Virus record (IMG/VR): IMGVR_UViG_2548876952_000002
Coordinates: 1 to 4,716 of that record
Length of the DNA stretch: 4,716 bases
Strand: one strand, 5' to 3'
Source: a virus
Lineage: Duplodnaviria; Heunggongvirae; Uroviricota; Caudoviricetes
Under the pieces are notes generated by a model. It had not been told where the DNA came from. It did no database searches and saw only the letters and a program-made list of their open reading frames with translations. Position 1 is the stretch's first letter. Every line of letters starts with the position of its first letter. Of this stretch, positions 1 to 4,716 are shown one piece after another. A program made the translations under genes and the position numbers.

Positions 1-330
1 AATGGCGAGGACGTCAGGCCGGTGGCCGACCGCGTGACCGTGCAGTCTGCCGCCATTGTTGAATATCAGATAAACGCCACGCTTTACCTTTACCCAGGTC
101 CCGAAAGCGAACCCATCCGCGCTGCTGCCGTGAAAAAACTGGAAGCGTATATCACGGCACAGCACCGGCTTGGGCGCGACATCCGTCTGTCTGCCATTTA
201 TGCCGCTTTGCATGTGGAAGGCGTGCAGCGTGTCGAGCTGGCCGCACCTCTGGCTGACATCGTGCTCAACAATACGCAGGCGTCTTTCTGTACTGAATAC
301 CGCGTCGTGACCGGAGGCTCGGATGAGTGA
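1..330 (+). CDS. Baseplate assembly protein J-like, C-terminal part (5' end lies outside the window)
   Basis: Frame 1 is open from nt 1 to the TGA at 328..330; the track ORF begins at an internal GTG (22) but the frame continues to the window edge. Stop overlaps the start of the next gene (ATG 323), as in tightly coupled phage tail operons. The J assignment comes from position immediately upstream of a gpI-like gene and general resemblance to P2 gpJ C-termini, recalled rather than searched. Confidence 0.55.
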   Translation, partial: NGEDVRPVADRVTVQSAAIVEYQINATLYLYPGPESEPIRAAAVKKLEAYITAQHRLGRDIRLSAIYAALHVEGVQRVELAAPLADIVLNNTQASFCTEYRVVTGGSDE

Positions 331-934
331 TTCGCGACTGCTGCCGACCGGCTCATCACCGCTTGAAGTCGCCGCCGCAAAAGCCTGTGCGGAAATTGAA
401 AAAACGCCGGTCAGTATTCGTGAGCTGTGGAACCCGGATACCTGTCCGGCAAATCTGCTGCCGTGGCTGGCGTGGTCATTTTCGGTCGACAGGTGGGATG
501 ATAAATGGCCGGAAGCGACCAAACGCGCTGTTATCCGCGATGCGTATTTCATTCACTGCCATAAGGGCACTATTGGTGCGATTCGCCGTGTGGTGGAGCC
601 GCTCGGCTATCTGATTGAGGTGAGGGAGTGGTGGCAACTCAACGAGGAGCCGGGGACGTTCCGTATCGTTGTTGGCGTGCTTGAGCAGGGTATTACCGAG
701 GAAATGTATCAGGAGCTGGAGCGCCTCGTTGCTGATGCAAAACCGGCAAGCCGCCATCTGACGGGACTGGCTATCAGTTTAAGTACAACCGGCAACATTT
801 TTGCCGGTGCGGGATGCTATCACGGTGACGCCCTGACGGTTTATCCCTACACCCAGGAGGCCATTATTGTCGGAGGGGATTATTTCCAGGCCTCGGCCAT
901 TCATTTAATTGATAACCTGAGAGTAAACGCATGA
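323..934 (+). CDS. Phage tail (baseplate) protein I, P2 gpI-like
   Basis: 203-aa ORF; GGAGG at 314..318 is 4 nt upstream of ATG 323. Start overlaps the upstream stop and its own stop (TGA 932..934) overlaps ATG 931 of the fibre gene (ATGA coupling). Position between J-like and H-like genes matches the P2 order J-I-H-G. Confidence 0.7.
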   Translation: MSDSRLLPTGSSPLEVAAAKACAEIEKTPVSIRELWNPDTCPANLLPWLAWSFSVDRWDDKWPEATKRAVIRDAYFIHCHKGTIGAIRRVVEPLGYLIEVREWWQLNEEPGTFRIVVGVLEQGITEEMYQELERLVADAKPASRHLTGLAISLSTTGNIFAGAGCYHGDALTVYPYTQEAIIVGGDYFQASAIHLIDNLRVNA

Positions 935-2109
935 CAGTGAAATACTACGCCATTCTGACTAATCAGGGCGCAGCACGGCTGGCTAACGCGACGATGCTCG
1001 GCAGTAAGCTGAATCTGACGCAAATGGCCGTTGGTGATGCGAATGGTGTCTTGCCGACACCAGACCCGGCACAGACAAAACTGATTAACCAGAAACGCAT
1101 CGCGCCGCTGAATCTTCTGAGTGTTGACCCGAATAACCAGAGCCAGATTATTGCGGAGCAAATCATCCCTGAGAACGAGGGCGGATTCTGGATCCGTGAG
1201 ATTGGGCTTTATGATGATGAAGGCGTACTCATTGCGGTGGCGAACTGCCCGGAAACGTACAAACCGCAGTTGCAGGAAGGCAGCGGTCGTACCCAGACTA
1301 TCCGCATGATTCTGGTTGTCACGAATACCGAAGCCATCACGCTGAAAATCGACCCATCGGTGGTACTGGCGACCCGTAAATACGTGGATGATGAAGTCCT
1401 GGAATTAAAGCTGTATGTGGATGACCAGATGAGAAACCACATTGCCGCACAGGATCCTCATACCCAGTATGCGCAGAAACATAATCCGACATTTACCGGA
1501 GAACCAAAAGCGCCGACGCCTGCCGCAGGAAATAACACCACGCGGATTGCGACTACTGCGTTTGTTCAGGCCGCTATTACCGCTCTGATTAACGGTGCGC
1601 CAGCCACACTGGACACACTGAAAGAAATTGCCGCGGCCATTAACAATGACCCGAAATTCAGCACCACCATTAACAATGCGCTGTCAGGCAAGCAGCCACT
1701 GGATGAGACGCTGACTCATTTGAGTGGAAAGGATGTTGCCGGCCTTCTCGCATACCTTGGTTTGGGAGAAGCGGCTAAAAGGAATGTAGGGACAGGTGCG
1801 AATCAGCTACCTGATATGGGTAGTTTTATGCTTTCTGCTTCAGTTCCTGGATATCAAAAATTGCCATCCGGTTTAATTATTCAATGGGGGCCAATTGATG
1901 TTCCGCTGACGTCTCAGGACACAGTAACCTATTTTCCGATTGCATTTCCGAACAGATGTCTGCGGGTATTTGCGACTCAGGATTACACTCCCGGCAGTGC
2001 AAATGTTGGCTATATAGCTTGTGCCGGTTATAACCAGGACCCAGTGAAATTTATTTCCAGAGCAGGCGTACCCGGTATCGGTGCTTCATTTTTCGCATTA
2101 GGGTGTTAA
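931..2109 (+). CDS. Tail fibre protein (P2 gpH / Mu S-like): constant N-terminal part (931..1758) fused to variable tip cassette A (1759..2109)
   Basis: 392-aa ORF. The N-terminus ([20 protein letters not shown]...MAVGD...[29 protein letters not shown]...EGSGRTQT) has the conserved pattern of P2 H-family fibre N-termini, and the region around [12 protein letters not shown]...[30 protein letters not shown] is typical of the fibre shaft. The crossover site at 1745..1770 lies inside the coding sequence at the YLGLGE motif. Confidence 0.85.
   Translation: MTVKYYAILTNQGAARLANATMLGSKLNLTQMAVGDANGVLPTPDPAQTKLINQKRIAPLNLLSVDPNNQSQIIAEQIIPENEGGFWIREIGLYDDEGVLIAVANCPETYKPQLQEGSGRTQTIRMILVVTNTEAITLKIDPSVVLATRKYVDDEVLELKLYVDDQMRNHIAAQDPHTQYAQKHNPTFTGEPKAPTPAAGNNTTRIATTAFVQAAITALINGAPATLDTLKEIAAAINNDPKFSTTINNALSGKQPLDETLTHLSGKDVAGLLAYLGLGEAAKRNVGTGANQLPDMGSFMLSASVPGYQKLPSGLIIQWGPIDVPLTSQDTVTYFPIAFPNRCLRVFATQDYTPGSANVGYIACAGYNQDPVKFISRAGVPGIGASFFALGC
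1745..1770. repeat. Left 26-bp invertase crossover site (hix/gix/cix/pix-like), inside the fibre gene
   Basis: TTCTCGCATACC-TT-GGTTTGGGAGAA: two 12-bp half-sites in imperfect inverted symmetry around a central TT. The inner half plus core (1757..1771) is a perfect inverted repeat of 3644..3658. Confidence 0.8.
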
Positions 2110-2135
2110 TTTCTTTTAACTATATGGAGTGAAAA

Positions 2136-2576
2136 ATGAATTACATATATTCCGCGACTACAAACTCTTTCTATCCGCTGGAGATGAAAGAGGATTACAC
2201 GCAAGCTGACTCATGGCCAGATGATGCTGTTGAAGTTGATGAGCAAGTGTATATTGAGTTTTCCGGATTACCGCCGAAAGGAAAAATCCGTATCGCTGGA
2301 GAAAATGGTTTTCCTGCATGGTCTGAAATTCCACCACCAACACATGAGGAACAGATTGCTGCAGCCGAACTGAAAAAGCAGCAATTGATTAATCAGGCCA
2401 ACGATTATATGAACAGTAAACAATGGGCTGGTAAAGCGGCTATTGGTCGTCTGAAAGGTGAGGAACTGGCGCAATATAATTTATGGCTGGATTATCTGGA
2501 TGCACTGGAACTGGTTGATTCCTCCAGTGCGCCAGATATTGAATGGCCTACGCCTCCGGCAGTTCAGGCCAGATGA
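2136..2576 (+). CDS. Tail-fibre assembly chaperone A (P2 gpG / Mu U / Tfa family), partner of tip cassette A
   Basis: 146-aa ORF with GGAG at 2126..2129 and ATG at 2136, 26 nt after the fibre stop. C-terminus ...LDYLDALELVDSSSAPDIEWPTPPAVQAR carries the conserved Tfa C-terminal motif (cf. P2 gpG ending ...NPEWPEMPQ). Confidence 0.8.
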   Translation: MNYIYSATTNSFYPLEMKEDYTQADSWPDDAVEVDEQVYIEFSGLPPKGKIRIAGENGFPAWSEIPPPTHEEQIAAAELKKQQLINQANDYMNSKQWAGKAAIGRLKGEELAQYNLWLDYLDALELVDSSSAPDIEWPTPPAVQAR

Positions 2577-3150
2577 CATCCGGCGCGGTGCTGGTATCTG
2601 TTGCCGTCACCGCGTCAATGTAATCCAGCGCAGCGTTAAGTCGGGCGGTTTCTGCCTGCGTCAGATTCCGTCCGGCCTGCAATTTCAGCTGAATCAGACC
2701 GATGGAAACCATTGCTGCATCAATCAGTGACTGGCGCTGTGCTTCTGCCGCGTCTACTGCGGCGTGATGCTGTGCCTCAGTATCGGTCACCCATTTCTCA
2801 CCATCCCATTTATCGTATGGCGTTAATGGGGCGATAGTGGTTGTATTTTCGGGGTAATCACCCGGAGTTGTGATTTCTTTGGCGTCTCCCGTTTCGGTGT
2901 TATAGACGATTTCTCCGCGATGGTCTGGCACATATTCCCATGAGTTTAAATCCGCAGAGCGGCAGATGGCATAACCAGCTTTATATGTTCCTGGTGCATC
3001 TAAACAGGAACATGCCGGAATACCGACACCAACAGCAAGATATTCAGTTGATGTGGAAATATATTCTCGTGTTTCACCATTATAATTATAGACAGTAATA
3101 TCCCCCGCCTTCGTGGCAATAAACTCGCTATTTAATACGGCATTATCCAT
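2548..3150 (-). CDS. Tail-fibre assembly chaperone B (Tfa / U'-type), partner of tip cassette B
   Basis: 200-aa minus-strand ORF with a GAGGG Shine-Dalgarno about 8 nt upstream of the ATG (complement of 3148..3150). C-terminus ...LDYIDAVTATDTSTAPDVIWPELPEA has the same conserved Tfa motif as chaperone A, while the N-terminal domain is unrelated. Its ATG overlaps the TAA stop of the upstream minus-strand fibre cassette by 1 nt. Confidence 0.8.
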   Translation of the reverse strand: MDNAVLNSEFIATKAGDITVYNYNGETREYISTSTEYLAVGVGIPACSCLDAPGTYKAGYAICRSADLNSWEYVPDHRGEIVYNTETGDAKEITTPGDYPENTTTIAPLTPYDKWDGEKWVTDTEAQHHAAVDAAEAQRQSLIDAAMVSIGLIQLKLQAGRNLTQAETARLNAALDYIDAVTATDTSTAPDVIWPELPEA

Positions 3151-3698
3151 TATGCAGCCCTCACGATGTAATTAAATGAAAGGTTACGAGGGCGCATTGA
3201 TATCCATGCCCCGGTAAAATTATCCTCCGCTGTCCTTTGAGTACCCGTTATGGAGTTATCTGCTGATGCAGGAACATAATCGCTATTATTTCCTGCTTTA
3301 GGATTAGCTGGGTTTCCAACAGTTATAACAGAATCAGCAGTAGCAAAAGCGATACCTACTTTGACATTAGTATTCAGATCGTAACCGTAATAATCCTGCA
3401 AAGCTGTACGAATAAATGTTGCAGCCTGACCACTTAGCAATGAACGCCCCGTATCAATCCCTCTAGAATCATCCCAGCCACGAATAAACTCACCACGTAA
3501 ATCAGGCAATTTATTTGTCGGGTAAGCCTTTGCCAGTTCCGGGTATTCTTCAGCAGAAAAAGCTGCTCCGTTGCATTTCAGCCAGCCTGTTGGAGGTGTC
3601 TCTGAAGGCCACGGAACAGGTGCACCAACAGGTAATGCTGAACCTTCTCCCAAACCAACGTTTATGAAAATGCAGAGATAACGGGCAACTGGCATCAT
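3150..3698 (-). CDS. Alternative tail-fibre C-terminal cassette B (S'v-type, silent in this orientation); functional part is 3150..3656, and the track ORF's first 14 codons (MMPVARYLCIFINV) are probably artefactual
   Basis: From the crossover site inward the minus-strand frame reads GLGEGSALPVGAPVPWPSETPPTGWLKCNGAAFSAEEYPELAKAYPTNKLPDLRGEFIRGWDDSRGIDTGRSLLSGQ..., a collar-type C-terminal fibre domain (LPDLRGEFIRGWDD is the classic motif). The ORF start lies outside the invertible segment and has no convincing RBS; the cassette is in frame with the constant fibre part after inversion. Confidence 0.75.
   Translation of the reverse strand: MMPVARYLCIFINVGLGEGSALPVGAPVPWPSETPPTGWLKCNGAAFSAEEYPELAKAYPTNKLPDLRGEFIRGWDDSRGIDTGRSLLSGQAATFIRTALQDYYGYDLNTNVKVGIAFATADSVITVGNPANPKAGNNSDYVPASADNSITGTQRTAEDNFTGAWISMRPRNLSFNYIVRAA
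3645..3670. repeat. Right 26-bp invertase crossover site (hix/gix/cix/pix-like)
   Basis: TTCTCCCAAACC-AA-CGTTTATGAAAA. The inner half plus core is the exact reverse complement of 1757..1770; the outer half is degenerate (7 of 12 matches to the left outer half). Located 55 nt upstream of the invertase start codon. Confidence 0.8.
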
Positions 3699-3725
3699 CT
3701 CCGGTTTTTATTCAGGGGGATGCTC

Positions 3726-4319
3726 ATGCTTATTGGCTATGTACGCGTGTCAACAAATGACCAGAACACGGAATTGCAGCGTAACGCGCTGGAGTGCGCA
3801 GGATGCGAGCGGATTTTTGAGGATAAAATCAGCGGCACGAAGTCCGACAGACCGGGACTGAAAAAAATGCTCAGAACATTATCAGCAGGTGACACTCTGG
3901 TAGTCTGGAAGCTGGACAGGCTGGGGCGTAGTATGCGGCATCTGGTCATTCTGGTTGAGGAGCTGCGCGAACGCGGCATTAATTTTCGCAGCCTGACGGA
4001 TGCCATTGATACCAGCACGCCGATGGGGCGTTTTTTCTTTCATGTGATGGGTGCCCTGGCTGAAATGGAACGAGAACTCATTGTCGAGCGGACACGCGCC
4101 GGACTGGAAGCAGCCAGAGCCAAAGGTCGTATTGGTGGCAGACGTCCGAAACTCACCGCGAGTGAGTGGGAGCAGGTCGGACGGTTGCTGGCTGCGGGGG
4201 AATCTCGTCAACGTGTGGCGCTGATTTTTGATATTGGCCTGTCCACGCTCTATAAAAAATTCCCCTCATCAGCGACAAAGAATAAATTGTGTCATCCCTT
4301 AGCCAACCGGGACAAATAG
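3726..4319 (+). CDS. pin: Serine DNA invertase, Gin/Pin/Cin/Hin family (small serine recombinase, resolvase/invertase fold)
   Basis: Translation MLIGYVRVSTNDQNTELQRNALECAGCERIFEDKISGTKSDRPGLKKMLRTLSAGDTLVVWKLDRLGRSMRHLV...INFRSLTDAIDTSTPMGRFFFHVMGALAEMERELIVERTRAGLEAARAKGRIGGRRPKLT...STLYKKF is near-identical in motif content to Gin, Cin and especially Pin: catalytic Ser in GYVRVSTNDQ (codon 3750..3752), the VVWKLDRLGRS and GRFFFHVMGALAEMERELI blocks, and a C-terminal HTH. The track ORF starts at ATG 3720 (MLML...), but ATG 3726 gives the canonical MLIGY N-terminus and 6-nt spacing from AGGGGGA (3714..3720). Gene symbol is by family resemblance only. Confidence 0.93.
   Translation: MLIGYVRVSTNDQNTELQRNALECAGCERIFEDKISGTKSDRPGLKKMLRTLSAGDTLVVWKLDRLGRSMRHLVILVEELRERGINFRSLTDAIDTSTPMGRFFFHVMGALAEMERELIVERTRAGLEAARAKGRIGGRRPKLTASEWEQVGRLLAAGESRQRVALIFDIGLSTLYKKFPSSATKNKLCHPLANRDK
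3819..3870. promoter_or_regulatory. Candidate Fis-dependent recombinational enhancer (two putative Fis sites) inside the 5' part of the invertase gene
   Basis: Two 15-mers fit the degenerate Fis pattern G-N13-C with an AT-rich centre: GAGGATAAAATCAGC (3819..3833) and GACTGAAAAAAATGC (3856..3870). In Hin/Gin/Cin systems the enhancer lies within the first ~150-200 bp of the invertase coding region. Exact positions here are pattern-matching by eye; the centre-to-centre spacing I measure (~37 bp) is shorter than the ~48 bp I recall for hin, so this is uncertain. Confidence 0.3.
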
Positions 4320-4378
4320 CCTGACATCTCCGGCACAACTGAAAATATCACTCACCCATTAACCACGGAGTTAAACGG

Positions 4379-4716
4379 ATGAGTGACTATCATCACGGCG
4401 TGCAGGTGCTGGAGATTAACGACGGCACCCGTGTCATTTCCACCGTATCCACTGCCATTGTCGGCATGGTCTGCACGGCCAGCGATGCGGATGCGGAAAC
4501 CTTCCCCCTCAATAAACCGGTGCTGATTACCAATGTGCAGAGTGCAATTGCAAAGGCCGGTAAAAAAGGCACGCTGGCGGCATCGTTGCAGGCCATCGCC
4601 GACCAGTCAAAACCGGTCACCGTTGTCGTACGTGTGGAAGACGGCACCGGCGACGACGAGGAAACGAAACTCGCGCAGACCGTTTCCAATATCATCGGCA
4701 CCACCGACGAAAACGG
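4379..4716 (+). CDS. Tail sheath protein FI (P2 gpFI-like), N-terminal part (3' end lies outside the window)
   Basis: GGAG at 4367..4370 is 8 nt upstream of ATG 4379, and the frame is open to the window end (112 codons). Translation [61 protein letters not shown]... matches the conserved N-terminus of P2-type contractile tail sheath proteins. It is absent from the ORF track only because no stop falls inside the window. Confidence 0.85.
   Translation, partial: MSDYHHGVQVLEINDGTRVISTVSTAIVGMVCTASDADAETFPLNKPVLITNVQSAIAKAGKKGTLAASLQAIADQSKPVTVVVRVEDGTGDDEETKLAQTVSNIIGTTDEN

Larger units (their letters stand above)
1757..3658. other. Invertible DNA segment (~1.9 kb) carrying two alternative fibre-tip cassettes and two convergent chaperone genes
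   Basis: Bounded by inverted crossover sites with identical core dinucleotides (TT at 1757..1758; AA at 3657..3658, i.e. TT on the other strand). Gene layout is Sv-U / U'-S'v (convergent), with a serine invertase gene immediately outside the right end, the same architecture as Mu G, P1 C and e14 P segments. Confidence 0.8.

Noticed and set aside
198-1442. Track ORFs 198..380(-), 327..614(+), 476..757(-), 901..1161(-), 963..1166(-), 1121..1309(+), 1209..1442(-)
   Set aside because: All lie antisense to or out of frame within the well-supported J, I and H coding regions, have no RBS, and their translations are low-complexity or Arg/Ser/Cys-rich in the way typical of spurious frames in GC-rich coding DNA.
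1637-1678. 12-bp direct repeat CCATTAACAATG (1637..1648 and 1667..1678)
   Set aside because: Both copies are in frame in the fibre gene and encode the similar peptides AINND and TINNA; this is most simply a coding echo of a repetitive shaft motif, not a regulatory or recombination site.
2158-2730. Track ORFs 2158..2343(-), 2268..2474(-), 2458..2730(+)
   Set aside because: Embedded in or antisense to the two chaperone genes; no start context; unusual translations (for example MCWWWNF). Treated as frame artefacts.
1960-3050. Possible similarity between the C-terminus of tip A ([18 protein letters not shown]) and the N-terminal domain of chaperone B (APGTYKAGYAICRSADLN)
   Set aside because: Only about 5 identities over 18 residues in an ungapped hand alignment; indistinguishable from chance without a proper profile comparison. 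It would only be of interest if HHpred supports a shared adhesin-like fold.
3657-3698. N-terminal 14 codons (MMPVARYLCIFINV) of minus-strand ORF 3150..3698
   Set aside because: This part lies outside the invertible segment, across the crossover site, has no recognisable RBS, and is hydrophobic junk-like sequence. The ORF is better explained as a start-less cassette that is expressed only as a fusion after inversion.
4200-4378. Searched for a P2-type Ogr-dependent late promoter (TGT-N12-ACA dyad) upstream of the sheath gene
   Set aside because: No TGT-N12-ACA element found by eye in this interval. The sheath gene may be transcribed by read-through, or the activator site may differ; this cannot be settled from sequence alone.
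4320-4378. Rho-independent terminator downstream of the invertase gene
   Set aside because: No GC-rich hairpin followed by a U-tract is visible in the 59-bp intergenic region.
3737-4704. Track ORFs 3737..4018(-), 3882..4211(-), 4153..4338(-) and 4393..4704(-)
   Set aside because: Antisense to the invertase and tail sheath genes, both of which have strong family-level protein signatures on the + strand.
1-4716. CRISPR array, tRNA/rRNA genes, or a diversity-generating retroelement as the variation mechanism
   Set aside because: No direct-repeat/spacer periodicity, no tRNA-like structure and no reverse-transcriptase ORF; the variation mechanism here is clearly site-specific inversion.

Overview
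This window looks like part of the late tail-gene operon of a P2-like (Peduovirus-type) prophage from an enterobacterial-type genome, and it contains a complete invertase-controlled tail-fibre switch. The + strand reads: 3' end of a baseplate J-like gene (1..330), tail protein I (323..934), tail fibre H (931..2109), a tail-fibre assembly chaperone (2136..2576), a Gin/Pin/Cin/Hin-family serine DNA invertase (3726..4319) and the 5' end of the tail sheath gene FI (4379..4716). The minus strand carries a second chaperone (2548..3150) and a second, start-less fibre C-terminal cassette (3150..3656). Two 26-bp hix/gix-like crossover sites (1745..1770 and 3645..3670) bracket a ~1.9-kb invertible segment; inversion would replace the fibre tip and its chaperone in frame. 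This is a member of a known system family (Mu G, P1 C, e14 P segments), not a new mechanism; any novelty lies in the two tip cassettes, especially the short, AT-rich, Cys-containing tip currently in the expressed orientation. Protein identifications rest on my reading of the translations and recalled family features; no database search was run.
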